Virus record (IMG/VR): IMGVR_UViG_3300032092_000037 | Location: 1 to 55,633 of that record | DNA length: 55,633 nt | From: a virus | Taxonomy: Duplodnaviria > Caudoviricetes | Reading direction: 5' to 3' (one strand) | In this document: positions 1 through 8,420 of the stretch, one piece after another | Layout of the letters: every line of letters starts with the position of its first letter | Numbering within the stretch: the first letter of the stretch is position 1 | Notes under the pieces: model-generated | Told to the model about the DNA's origin: nothing | The model's database searches: none | Seen by the model: the letters and a program-made list of their open reading frames with translations, nothing else | Made by a program: the position numbers and the translations under genes

Positions 1-217
1 CAATGCGATTGTGGCGCGCTTCCTTCAGCGCCTCAAGCAGATCAGGCGCGGAGGCCCACAACCGGAGATCAGCAAACGTGCCAACGTCCAGATTGATCAA
101 CGCAACACACCGGCATTCTTCGCCGTGCGTAAGGATCGAATAGGCGTGGTCGATGATGTCTCCCTCGGGCTGCTTGTGGGCGACCAGCGGCCCCGGCGTA
201 TGCTTGCTCTCACTCAT
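1..217 (-). CDS. Partial early hypothetical phage protein (runs off window start)
   Basis: Read by hand from ATG at 217: MSESKHTPGP...ASAPDLLEALKE, a motif pair common in phage early proteins; overlaps the stop of the upstream gene. Confidence 0.7.
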   Translation of the reverse strand, partial: MSESKHTPGPLVAHKQPEGDIIDHAYSILTHGEECRCVALINLDVGTFADLRLWASAPDLLEALKEARHNRI

Positions 218-470
218 CGCGCTTCCCCTTCATCGTTCTCGCGAAATCCTTCGCCATTGCCGCGCTAAGCTGTTCGAGCAGGGCGGCGCGGTCTATAAGT
301 TGGTCTGTGACCTCTGCGCTCGCCTCCATCGCGCGCTCAAGGCGCTTCAGGGCGGCAATCACGCGATCTGTTGAGACAGGCTGACGAAACTGCAACACCT
401 GCGCGTTGCTCTCGCGGCTTATGCAGCGAATGGCGGGGGCTTGCGGAAAGTGGCCGGGGATGACGGTCAC
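210..470 (-). CDS. Hypothetical early protein
   Basis: 86-aa ORF in a chain of ATGA/GTGA-coupled leftward genes. Confidence 0.65.
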   Translation of the reverse strand: MTVIPGHFPQAPAIRCISRESNAQVLQFRQPVSTDRVIAALKRLERAMEASAEVTDQLIDRAALLEQLSAAMAKDFARTMKGKRDE

Positions 471-661
471 AGGTCATACTCCGACGAAACGCCCGTCAGG
501 AAAAACTCGCGCTCAATGTAACGAAGCTCAGCCTTCAGTTCCTCGATGTCGTCAGCGTCGTAGCTGGGGTCGGCTACGGCCTCGTCCAGCGTGTTGCGAA
601 GCGCCTCCATCTCAAGAGCGAGCTTGCGCGCACGGCGATAGTTGGGCTTCAGCGTGCTCAC
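467..661 (-). CDS. Hypothetical early protein
   Basis: GTG at 661 overlaps the TGA of 658..834; acidic helical sequence. Confidence 0.6.
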   Translation of the reverse strand: MSTLKPNYRRARKLALEMEALRNTLDEAVADPSYDADDIEELKAELRYIEREFFLTGVSSEYDL

Positions 662-834
662 GAGCGATCCTCCAGCGGGCGACGAAGCTTTGCGCATGTG
701 GTGCGCAGCAGGTTGATCGGCTGGCGCTGGCGGATATGTCCGGCGAGGTCGAACGCGCCGACTTCAGCCGATCGGGCCAAGTGCTGCTCCAGGTTGAACG
801 CGGGGCGGGTGAGGGCTTGGATTTCGCGGATCAT
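658..834 (-). CDS. Small early protein, paralogue of 4592..4774
   Basis: ATGA-coupled start at 834; HLARSAEVxAFDL and RQPINxLxTTCA are shared with 4592..4774. Confidence 0.75.
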   Translation of the reverse strand: MIREIQALTRPAFNLEQHLARSAEVGAFDLAGHIRQRQPINLLRTTCAKLRRPLEDRS

Positions 835-1136
835 GCTGCTTCCCCACGCTCGATTTGGCTGGAGACGGGCAGGGCGACTTCCGTGGTGATCGGCTCGCGG
901 CACAGCTTGGCGATGACCGCAGCCAGCGCCAGCTCGCAGTCCCGCGCCGCTGCCATGGCCTCGTCCCATTGCTTGGCGCTCGACTTGTTGGACGCTTCGA
1001 CAAAGGTCGCCGCGCGCTCAAGGCACTCACGCGCGCCTTCGAGGTTCACCCACATGCTGTACGCAGCGCGGGAAGCTTCCGGCTCGGGATTGATCTTGCC
1101 GTCCCAGTAGCCGTGGTTTGTGAAGATGCTGGACAT
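831..1136 (-). CDS. Hypothetical early protein
   Basis: AAGGAG SD before ATG at 1136; ends ...GEAA overlapping the next start. Confidence 0.7.
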   Translation of the reverse strand: MSSIFTNHGYWDGKINPEPEASRAAYSMWVNLEGARECLERAATFVEASNKSSAKQWDEAMAAARDCELALAAVIAKLCREPITTEVALPVSSQIERGEAA

Positions 1137-1147
1137 GGGTGTCTCCT

Positions 1148-1372
1148 TCAGGCGACGAAGCTGTCGGCCATCGGGCCGGTGAAACGTTCGGTGCGGGTGA
1201 GGGGCTGGACCTGCGCGGGATCGACCCACGGCGGCTCATCAAGGTACTCGGGCTCAAGATCGTCCTCGGGGTAGAAGCTCCAGCACTCGTCACAGAGGAT
1301 TTCGCGCGATTTGCGCATGTGGGCGCCGGACCCGAAGCAGCACTGGCAAGTGTCGTAAGGGACAAGCATCAC
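1148..1372 (-). CDS. Small putative zinc-finger protein
   Basis: CQCCFGSG and CDEC motifs; coupled start. Confidence 0.6.
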   Translation of the reverse strand: MMLVPYDTCQCCFGSGAHMRKSREILCDECWSFYPEDDLEPEYLDEPPWVDPAQVQPLTRTERFTGPMADSFVA

Positions 1373-1791
1373 TCGCCCCCCGCTTCTTCAAAAAGCGCGC
1401 AGGCCTCTGCTTCATCGGCAAGCGCATCAATTGCGATGCACGCTACGTCGTGGATGACGCGGAGACGTTCGAACGGTCGCGCATTGACGCCATCGACGCA
1501 CTTCAGTCGAATGCCGACCAGCGCAACGAAGAAGGCCTCCCGCTCGCCTGAAATGCGCTCGATAATCTCGCGGGCGCGGATGATCTCAGCCATATGCGCA
1601 TCGCGCTGCTTCGCTAGCTGATCGATGGTGGCGTCTGCTTGGGTGGCCACGCCTCGCACCAGCCTCAATTCACGCTCAAGCTCGGCGACGCGGCTGGTCA
1701 GATACGCTGGATCGGACGACAGGCGGTCGTCAGCGGTCGTCTCCATCGAGCCGATGTTGAGGCTGGCGATCTTGTCTGCTTCGGACATCAC
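1369..1791 (-). CDS. Coiled-coil hypothetical protein
   Basis: 140-aa ORF with heptad-like RVAELERELR; coupled on both sides. Confidence 0.7.
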   Translation of the reverse strand: MMSEADKIASLNIGSMETTADDRLSSDPAYLTSRVAELERELRLVRGVATQADATIDQLAKQRDAHMAEIIRAREIIERISGEREAFFVALVGIRLKCVDGVNARPFERLRVIHDVACIAIDALADEAEACALFEEAGGE

Positions 1792-1973
1792 GCGGCCTCC
1801 GCACGAACGGGCGACCAGTTACGACGGAAAGCGGCCATGTCGGCCTGCACCCACTTCAGGGCCTCAGCGCCCGGCTTGAACCTGCGGGTGATCTCGCGAT
1901 GGGCCGCGCAGGACTTCAGAAAGTCGCGGCGCATTTTCCGGTAGTAATCGTAGAGGCTTGCTTCCGTCGCCAT
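1788..1973 (-). CDS. First gene of leftward early operon A
   Basis: GGGAGAG SD; directly downstream of promoter PL-A. Confidence 0.7.
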   Translation of the reverse strand: MATEASLYDYYRKMRRDFLKSCAAHREITRRFKPGAEALKWVQADMAAFRRNWSPVRAEAA

Positions 1974-2011
1974 CTCGTCTCTCCCTTGCCCGTGTGGGCT
2001 TCGATGGGAGG

Positions 2012-2040
2012 ACTATGCCAGTGCAAAAAAGCACCGTCAA
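2012..2040 (-). promoter_or_regulatory. Leftward sigma70-type promoter PL-A
   Basis: Minus strand TTGACG-N17-CATAGT; an operator lies in the spacer. Confidence 0.7.
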
Positions 2041-2064
2041 GCGCCATGGTGAAAAAAAGCACCA
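2019..2064. promoter_or_regulatory. Two operator palindromes (OL-like), consensus TGGTGC-W6-GCACCA
   Basis: CAGTGC-AAAAAA-GCACCG (2019-2036) and TGGTGA-AAAAAA-GCACCA (2047-2064). Confidence 0.75.
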
Positions 2065-2601
2065 AAATATTCCGGCGGGCTTTTAACCAATGCACCGCCC
2101 TTTCCGCCTTGAGGGATGGGCGTGGGGCCGAATCCTCAAGCCCGTGACCAGCGGGAGCGCACAGGGCGCCGCGTACTCGATTCCCTTCGGCTTCTGGCGA
2201 AGCCCGACCGGTTGTCTCCCGGCCGCCGTCAGGACCACTTCGGGCTGGTCCTCGTCTGAAACCTGGCCCGATTGGTCAAACCGGGAAAAGGCGCCTCAGC
2301 CGTTTCGTGCCCTCCGGGGGTTGCCCGGCTCGTTTCTCAAGGCCGCTGGAAGGAATGGGCTCACCTGAACCAGCGAATTTTTAATTCGACGCTTTGGGAA
2401 CGGGAGCGACGCAAACCGGGGGCCAGCGATCAAAAACTGGGGTTCGCGGCTTGCGAAAAAGCGCATAACGGGATATTTCCCCACCATGCAGATCGCATTT
2501 GGATGCCGAAACCATCCAATTTTCGCCCGGGAACGCCAGCCAGCGACCCGGGCGACATGCTTTCTAGTGCATGTTTCCACCATCGCGCAATAGGCGATTA
2601 G

Positions 2602-2939
2602 CTACTCGGCCTGATCGTGTTTTTTCTGCTCGGCAAGATAGCGAGCGAATTGCGCCAGCTCAGCGCGGCGCCGGTTATCGAGGCCCGGCATGATGTTGAT
2701 GACTTCAGCCGTCGGCGCATCGAGAACGTGACTTGGATCCCCGCTGCCGTTCAGAAGCCATTCGGCATTCGTCTCAAGCGCGGCTGCCAGCTTGCCCAGG
2801 TTCTCGGCCCGGGGCTGTCGCTCTTTCCTGACAGGATGGCTTGCAGGAAATGCGTATTCAGCCCCGCCTTCAATGAGGCGGCGCGCGGCGACAGGCCGAG
2901 CGCATCAAGACGCTGCTGAACGCGATCCCTTAATTCCAT
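2602..2939 (-). pseudogene. CI-like XRE HTH repressor interrupted by a 1-nt frameshift at about 2808-2814
   Basis: MELRDRVQQRLDALGLSPRAASLKAGLNTHFLQAILSGKSDSP continues in the shifted frame as AENLGKLAAALETNAEWLLNGSG...KKHDQAE*, completing a 112-aa HTH repressor; divergent from cro and flanked by operators. Confidence 0.8.
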
Positions 2940-3018
2940 GGGTGTATTTTCGCACCACAGGGCCACTGTCCCTAGGTTGAAGTTTCCACTTGCCAGTCGT
3001 GGTGCTTTTGTGCACCAT
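2940..3018. promoter_or_regulatory. OR-like operators and rightward promoter PR-A
   Basis: GGGTGT-ATTTTC-GCACCA (2940-2957) and perfect TGGTGC-TTTTGT-GCACCA (3000-3017); TTGCCA(2990)-N17-CACCAT(3013) ends 7 nt before the cro ATG, implying a leaderless mRNA. Confidence 0.75.
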
Positions 3019-3025
3019 AGCATTC

Positions 3026-3280
3026 ATGAGCAAAGCAGACTTCAAAATCAGCCCCAAGGTTAAACCGGAAATCCGAGCGTTCGTCGCAAGGGCCGATGCC
3101 GTTGCGCAACGAATGGGTATCCGCCGCTTTACCATGTCCCGCAAGCTGTTTGGCGACACTCAGGGCCGGACGCTTGAAAATCTGGCCAAGGGTGGCGGCG
3201 CAAACGTCATCGGCTGGTTCGACGCGCACAAACGGCTGGCAGCTTTTGAAGCTGAGCTTCAGGCCGAGTCCGCAGCATGA
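3026..3280 (+). CDS. Cro-like regulator A
   Basis: Divergent from the repressor; HTH-like AQRMGIRRFTMSRKLFGD. Confidence 0.7.
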   Translation: MSKADFKISPKVKPEIRAFVARADAVAQRMGIRRFTMSRKLFGDTQGRTLENLAKGGGANVIGWFDAHKRLAAFEAELQAESAA

Positions 3281-3486
3281 GCACGGTGCAGGGGGATAAC
3301 CCGGTTCTCAGCGCGCACCTTGAGCGCGGAAGCGACGGCATTCTCGAACCGGTGCGCGGTGATGAGCGCGTCTTCCAAGCGCCCGACGAGCGCGAATGCT
3401 TCACCGTCGCTTGTTCCTCGGATCGTGACCAGATCGCCTGCAATTTCAACGGACAGCGGGCCGTCCACCATAACCTTTCCGCGCAT
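3259..3486 (-). CDS. Hypothetical protein
   Basis: Strong GGGAGGGG SD before ATG at 3486. Confidence 0.55.
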   Translation of the reverse strand: MRGKVMVDGPLSVEIAGDLVTIRGTSDGEAFALVGRLEDALITAHRFENAVASALKVRAENRVIPLHRAHAADSA

Positions 3487-3719
3487 ATTCCCCTCCCTGA
3501 TTTTCATTCGTTAACTAATTACCATGCCGCGCGCGTGGCATTTGAGAACCCCCAAAATGGGGAATGGGGCCGGAAATTCGGCGCCAAATTCAACCAGTTA
3601 GCATGCACACGAGGCGCCTCCTATCGAACTGGCGCGCTCCCGATTGCCGCAATCTGTTCTAGGAATGTTCTCCTGTCAACGGACGGCTTTCCTATCCCTT
3701 CGGGCGAACGGAGGGCGGG

Positions 3720-4061
3720 ATGAGCCGTTACGACGAGGTCCGCGAGTTCAAGCCGAACCCCGAAACGCGCCGCGAGCATGCGCTGACGTTGTATGTCTAC
3801 ACCGACAACCGCGAGTGCCTGTCGCAGATACCGAACCCGCAGAGCTACGAAGAGGGCGGACCAGCTTGGACGCTCTCCAACGGTGGAACGCTCAGTATAC
3901 ACCAGCGGCAGGAAATCGCCCAGCTCATCGGCACGCTCGAATTTCTGCTTTCGCCTGAATACACGGCAGCCGACGCCGAAAAGCGCCTGCGTGATCTGCG
4001 CGCCGCCTACCGCGATGCGTGGTTTGGCAAACTCAAAGCTCGCGCGGAGCAATCCGCATGA
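3720..4061 (+). CDS. Hypothetical protein
   Basis: GGAGG SD; 113 aa with phage-like codon usage. Confidence 0.65.
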   Translation: MSRYDEVREFKPNPETRREHALTLYVYTDNRECLSQIPNPQSYEEGGPAWTLSNGGTLSIHQRQEIAQLIGTLEFLLSPEYTAADAEKRLRDLRAAYRDAWFGKLKARAEQSA

Positions 4062-4362
4062 CCCCCACCCAATCCGCGCGCCCAGACCAGCGCGCGGCTA
4101 GCGCCAGCCGTAAGGCGTTCCCGCCCCAAATGATAGTGGGAAGGCCAAAATTCAGCACGTACTCGAGGCATGGCGCCTCTGCGTCCCAATCGCCTTTGGG
4201 CATGGCGCTAGTACGCCACTTGCCGAACGACATTTGGCCCGCGCCAATTCCATAGGGGGGGTCAGTAACAACGGCATCAATGACGCGATCCATGTCCCGT
4301 AGGATTTCCCGGCAGTCGCCAAGGTACAGAACCGCGTCCCCGATGATTTCGATGCGGCTCAC
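4033..4362 (-). pseudogene. Truncated beta-class N4/N6 DNA methyltransferase (N-terminal half only)
   Basis: LYLGDCREIL, VVTDPPYGIG (motif IV) and IIWGGN are present; similarity stops at about 4117 and no SAM-binding FxGxG motif follows. Confidence 0.8.
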
Positions 4363-4595
4363 GGCTGCGTTCCAATCTCTGCGGCTGTGCGGCGTGGATC
4401 ATCGACGCGAAGGTGAATGTCGTCTGTCAGGCCAAGGCCACACGTACCGCACCGATAGCCGGGGCCTTTGTGATAGTGCGCGAATTTGGCTTGCAACTCC
4501 GCGATGCGGTCGGCTGCTTCTTCCATCAACGCGTCGATCTGCATCATAGACAGGCCGCGCGTTTGGTTGCGAAGCTGGTTCACTAGATCGCTCAC
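4359..4595 (-). CDS. Hypothetical early protein
   Basis: MSDLVNQLR...EAADRIAEL motif typical of phage early genes; CxxC. Confidence 0.65.
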   Translation of the reverse strand: MSDLVNQLRNQTRGLSMMQIDALMEEAADRIAELQAKFAHYHKGPGYRCGTCGLGLTDDIHLRVDDPRRTAAEIGTQP

Positions 4596-4774
4596 AGCAG
4601 CCCCGCCCTTTCCAGCATCCGCTTGAACGTCCGATCCTCGCTCAGCGGCCTGCGCTTAACTGCGCATGTCGTCCCGAGCATGTTGATCGGCTGGCGCGGC
4701 TTCAGATGCGCTGAGAGATCGAACGCGGAGACTTCGGCAGAGCGGGCGAGATGGGTTGTGAGATCAAAGCTCAT
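4592..4774 (-). CDS. Small early protein, paralogue of 658..834
   Basis: Shared motifs with 658..834; coupled on both sides. Confidence 0.75.
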   Translation of the reverse strand: MSFDLTTHLARSAEVSAFDLSAHLKPRQPINMLGTTCAVKRRPLSEDRTFKRMLERAGLL

Positions 4775-5139
4775 GCTGCACCCATGAGACGTTCATCGCG
4801 CGCCAGATCCGCGCGGTAGTCGGCTTCGTCGGCCAGCGCTTCAGCCTCGAGGAAGCGGACGTAGGCGTCCCAAGCGTTCGACGCGTTGCGGTTGATGATG
4901 GTCCTTGCGGAGCCGTCGAGATCAACAGCCGGGACAGCCGCAGTTGCCGCCGCAGCCCAGAGCGCGTTCTCGTAATACTCGTCCGGGCGCTCATCGCAGA
5001 TCGCGTCCAGTGCAGCTTCAAACGCACGGAAGCGCTTGGCGCGCGGAATGTCTGCAGCTTCGATTGCTGACCAAAGCGCTTCGCCTGCGCGGTGAGCTTC
5101 GGCGGCGACGTGGTTGGCTTGGGTGGTGGGGGCGGTCAT
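4771..5139 (-). CDS. First gene of leftward early operon B
   Basis: GGGAGA SD before ATG at 5139; Ala/acidic-rich. Confidence 0.7.
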   Translation of the reverse strand: MTAPTTQANHVAAEAHRAGEALWSAIEAADIPRAKRFRAFEAALDAICDERPDEYYENALWAAAATAAVPAVDLDGSARTIINRNASNAWDAYVRFLEAEALADEADYRADLARDERLMGAA

Positions 5140-5185
5140 GTGTGTCTCCCATCGAACTGGCGCTTGCCTGTCCTTCGATGGGGAG

Positions 5186-5289
5186 AGATAAGCATGAGCC
5201 GTTGCGCCGTGCAACAAGTATTTTGCTAACGTCGGCGGTTTGTCTGTTTACGCATTGTCGCTTGACGCAACCGCCGCGCTGTGCAAGCT
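5186..5289. promoter_or_regulatory. Second divergent promoter pair PL-B / PR-B
   Basis: Minus TTGCAC-N17-TTATCT (5214-5186) overlapping palindrome GTTGC-N5-GCAAC (5201-5215); plus TTGACG(5262)-N16-CAAGCT ending 6 nt before ATG at 5296. Confidence 0.6.
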
Positions 5290-5295
5290 ACCGCC

Positions 5296-5490
5296 ATGTT
5301 CAAAGACTGGTACGAGCGCAAAGGGTTTCGCACGCTGCAAGAGTGCGCGGATTTTCTTGGCCTGCACAAGGCAACCGTGAGCCGGATGCTGTCGCGCCCT
5401 GACTATCGACCCGACAAATTCACAGCCATGCATATTGCACGCAAGACGCGGGGCGATGTGCCTGCTGATTCGTGGCGTGAACGCGCATGA
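5296..5490 (+). CDS. Cro/YdaS-like HTH regulator B
   Basis: TLQECADFLGLHKATVSRML HTH and IARKTRGDVPADSW tail typical of Cro-like proteins; leaderless start. Confidence 0.8.
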   Translation: MFKDWYERKGFRTLQECADFLGLHKATVSRMLSRPDYRPDKFTAMHIARKTRGDVPADSWRERA

Positions 5491-5716
5491 CCCACCCCAC
5501 TCGGCCTTACGGCCACCCCTCGCCGCACTGTCTCTCCCCCCACACCCAGAACTGCGGCTTGGGCTTTCTATCAGACCGGGCCGACCAGCCCGTAGCGTCC
5601 GCTGGGGCGAACCGTCCCCCCAAACCCAGCCCCAGCGGGCGCGCTTGTGCAGGGCCGCATGTCATGAGTGGTGCGCAAGCCGCCTGACCTCCCATCAACC
5701 CGGACAGACAGCGTCC

Positions 5717-5977
5717 ATGCAGAACAGCGACCCCTCCCCCGCCCTGATGCTTGCGGCCCGGCTGTCCCGCTGGCAGATACTGGACCTCGTCCTGGTCGAG
5801 CGCCAAGGCCGGATGACGGTGTGTGCCAATCGCGTGCCGTGCGCCCCGACGCTGGGACTCATTCGCGACCGCGTGCTCGGCATGGGCGGTCGCGGGGACT
5901 ACGTCATGCCGGGCTCACGCTTCAACGCCGTCATGGCCGCGCTGCGTGAGATGGGCGCCATAGGCCCCTGGCCCTAG
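5717..5977 (+). CDS. Hypothetical protein
   Basis: Plausible 86-aa ORF downstream of cro B. Confidence 0.5.
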   Translation: MQNSDPSPALMLAARLSRWQILDLVLVERQGRMTVCANRVPCAPTLGLIRDRVLGMGGRGDYVMPGSRFNAVMAALREMGAIGPWP

Positions 5978-6174
5978 AACAGCCTAGCCACCTGCCGGCG
6001 CGCGGATAGCTCCTGCAGCCGCTCCTGGTCGCGCTGGAAGGCCTCGGCAGGATCGCCCTCGTACAGCGCACGAAGCCGCTTCAGATCATGCGGGGAGGCC
6101 ATCTCCGGGGACCATTTGCGCGGGCGGGGGCGAAACCCGCAGCGCGTCTCGGAAAGCTTCACAATTGATCCCAT
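5974..6174 (-). CDS. Hypothetical protein
   Basis: GGAGG SD; 66 aa. Confidence 0.5.
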   Translation of the reverse strand: MGSIVKLSETRCGFRPRPRKWSPEMASPHDLKRLRALYEGDPAEAFQRDQERLQELSARRQVARLF

Positions 6175-6359
6175 GGCCTTGGCCTCCGCAGTTCACCTCC
6201 CGCCTTGTTCCAAGTGTGGGATATAGCGCCATTGTGGCAATTCTCCAATTGGGGGAACTGCGGGGGCTTGCGAAGTGCTTGGAATGGGTGTCCTATGACA
6301 CGAATGAGGCGGCCTCTTGCTACAGGGGCCGCCTCACACAAATGCCGCATGGAGGCACC

Positions 6360-6767
6360 GTGTCTGACACCGATAATAGCGCGCTTGCGCCGTCTGTCAC
6401 GCCACAAGTTCACGACAATCTGTTGGCAGGAACTCTCAGCGAGCTGCGCGCGCGGGAGCGCCGGTTCTCGGAACACCTCGAACGCGCCTGCGAGGAGCGT
6501 CGCCTGATGGCGGCGGCGGTTTTGCAGGGAAAACTTGCTCGCCTCCGCGACGAAATCCACAGCAGGGAGGCATTTGCGGCCGGCGAACAGGCTTTTGCCG
6601 CCGGCGCAGCCTTTGCCGACAACCCCCATCGCAGTCGCGCCCGGCGAAGAGGTTGGGAGGCCGGCTGGACCTCCGCCCGGGACGCCAGTGGCTTCACCCT
6701 GACGCACGACCCCCTGACCGGGTGGCCGATCAGCGACCCTCGCGACGACGAGGAGCCGCCGCTGTGA
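6360..6767 (+). CDS. Protein with C-terminal Rmf/CrpP-like motif
   Basis: GGAGG SD then GTG; AFAAGEQAFAAG...NPH...WEAGW pattern. Confidence 0.6.
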   Translation: MSDTDNSALAPSVTPQVHDNLLAGTLSELRARERRFSEHLERACEERRLMAAAVLQGKLARLRDEIHSREAFAAGEQAFAAGAAFADNPHRSRARRRGWEAGWTSARDASGFTLTHDPLTGWPISDPRDDEEPPL

Positions 6768-7639
6768 GTGACCTTCCCATCCTCCCGCTATGGGTCACAA
6801 AGTACGAGGGCAAGTGCGCACATCTGACGCTTGAAGAGGACGGCGCCCATACCCGACTTTTGCGTCTTTGCTGGCAGACGCCGGGCTGCACCATCCCGAC
6901 AGACCCGGTCTGGATCGCGCGCCGGATGCGAGTTGACCTGCCCACCTATGAGCGCGTCGTCGGGCCGATTCTGGCCGAGTTTTTCGTGGTCGCAAATGGC
7001 CGCTGGCAAAGCTTGCGTTTGCTAGCCGAGTACGAGCGCGCGACACGCAAAACAGACGCCCGAAAACAGGCCGGAGCGAAGGGCGGAAAAGCTAAAGCCT
7101 TGAAAACAGGCAAATCACAGCCTAGCAATGCTACGGTTTTGCCAGAGCAAACGCTTAGCAAAACCCTGCCATCTACCATATCCATATCCACTGAAGAAAA
7201 AGAAGAAGCTAAAGCTTCTTCCAAAAAAACGGCTCAGAAGACGCGCTTGGCGGACGACTGGGCCTTGCCCAGAGACTGGGTGGCGGACGCTTTTGCTGTC
7301 GCAGCCAAGGCGAAGCAAACCATCACCGAACTGGAGATCGAAAATGAATCCGATGGATTCCGCGACTACAGCCATAGCAAATCGGTCAAGCACGAAAATT
7401 GGCGGGCCGCATGGCGAAACTGGATCAGAAATTACATCAAGTGGCGCAAGCCGGGACATGCACCCGGCCGTGATGGCCCGCGCGCCAACGGTCAACACGG
7501 AGTCAGCTCTATCGCGGATGCAGCAATTCGGCGTCACTTCGCACGTCAAAACGGAAACGGTGTTTCCGATGATCGACGGGGAGATGACCTTTCGCCAGCG
7601 GGCAACGTCATTGACGCTCAATTTAGCCTCCTCAAATGA
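6764..7639 (+). CDS. Replication initiator, YdaU/DUF1376 family, with DnaT-like C-terminal domain
   Basis: LPLWVTKY...HLTLEEDGAHTRLLRLCW...GRWQSLRLLAE N-terminus; RLADDW...FRDY...NWRAAWRNWIRN C-terminus. Confidence 0.85.
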   Translation: MSDLPILPLWVTKYEGKCAHLTLEEDGAHTRLLRLCWQTPGCTIPTDPVWIARRMRVDLPTYERVVGPILAEFFVVANGRWQSLRLLAEYERATRKTDARKQAGAKGGKAKALKTGKSQPSNATVLPEQTLSKTLPSTISISTEEKEEAKASSKKTAQKTRLADDWALPRDWVADAFAVAAKAKQTITELEIENESDGFRDYSHSKSVKHENWRAAWRNWIRNYIKWRKPGHAPGRDGPRANGQHGVSSIADAAIRRHFARQNGNGVSDDRRGDDLSPAGNVIDAQFSLLK

Positions 7640-8138
7640 CCTCGCGGCGGCGCTCAGGGTGGCGCACGAAAGCATGGCGCCGGCCCCGGTCGAGATGATC
7701 GAGGAATGGCTTGCGCGGCTCAGCGTGAAGACCGCGCGGCGGAAGGATTCGGCGCATGGCGACGAGCTGGCCCTCAGCGTCTACACCGATCATCTGCGCG
7801 ATTATCCCGGTGACGTGGTGCGCGAAGTCCTAAGCAGCTATCGCGGGACGTGGTTTCCGACATGGGGCGAACTGGCCGAACGGCTGGACGAACTGACCGA
7901 GGTTCGCGCCATGATCCGCGACAGGCTCCTCGAAATGGCTCACGGCGTCCAGCGCAAGCAGATCACGCATGATCCGGTTGCGGAGCATCTTGCAAAGCTT
8001 CGCGATGAACTGGCCGCAGCCGAGCGCGTGGCGTCACGCTATCCCGAACTGGCCGACAGCAGCGCACGAAAGCGGCAGGCTATTGCAGACGAAATCGCCA
8101 AGCTGGAGGGGCGTGCTGCTACCCCTTCCTCGCCCTGA
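7569..8138 (+). CDS. Putative helicase loader/inhibitor-like replication protein (start uncertain)
   Basis: Position after initiator; YTDHLRDYP...WFPTWGEL motif. Confidence 0.55.
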   Translation: MIDGEMTFRQRATSLTLNLASSNDLAAALRVAHESMAPAPVEMIEEWLARLSVKTARRKDSAHGDELALSVYTDHLRDYPGDVVREVLSSYRGTWFPTWGELAERLDELTEVRAMIRDRLLEMAHGVQRKQITHDPVAEHLAKLRDELAAAERVASRYPELADSSARKRQAIADEIAKLEGRAATPSSP

Positions 8139-8259
8139 CCCACTCGCTGAGTATCTTCACGACCAGCCAGGACCGGGAGCGCTCGTCCTTCGCCGCCAGC
8201 CGCTCGATCTTGTCCAGCACCTCCACCGGAACCCGCACGCTCAGAATTTTCGTCGCCAC
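8119..8259 (-). CDS. CopG/Arc ribbon-helix-helix protein
   Basis: ILSVRVPVEVLDKIERLAAKDERSRSWLVVKIL; GAGG SD. Confidence 0.75.
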   Translation of the reverse strand: MATKILSVRVPVEVLDKIERLAAKDERSRSWLVVKILSEWVRARKG

Positions 8260-8420
8260 TGTTGACCTCGCCTGTTGCGTGTGACACCGTACACGAAACG
8301 AGGGCGGGCGCAAACACAGGGGGCGCACAGTGCACAGCAAATCCGGGCCAACTTCGTAAACGAAATCGAGAGACTTGAACGTATCAACGCAAACTGACAC
8401 AACTGGGACGGGAGCTGTTT

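Noticed and set aside
2100-2600. ORFs between PL-A and the repressor
   Set aside because: Several short overlapping ORFs have no SD, codon or motif support, so I could not choose a real gene.
3505-3530. CtrA box near GTTAACTAATTACCAT
   Set aside because: Only a half-site; it does not match TTAA-N7-TTAA well enough to call.
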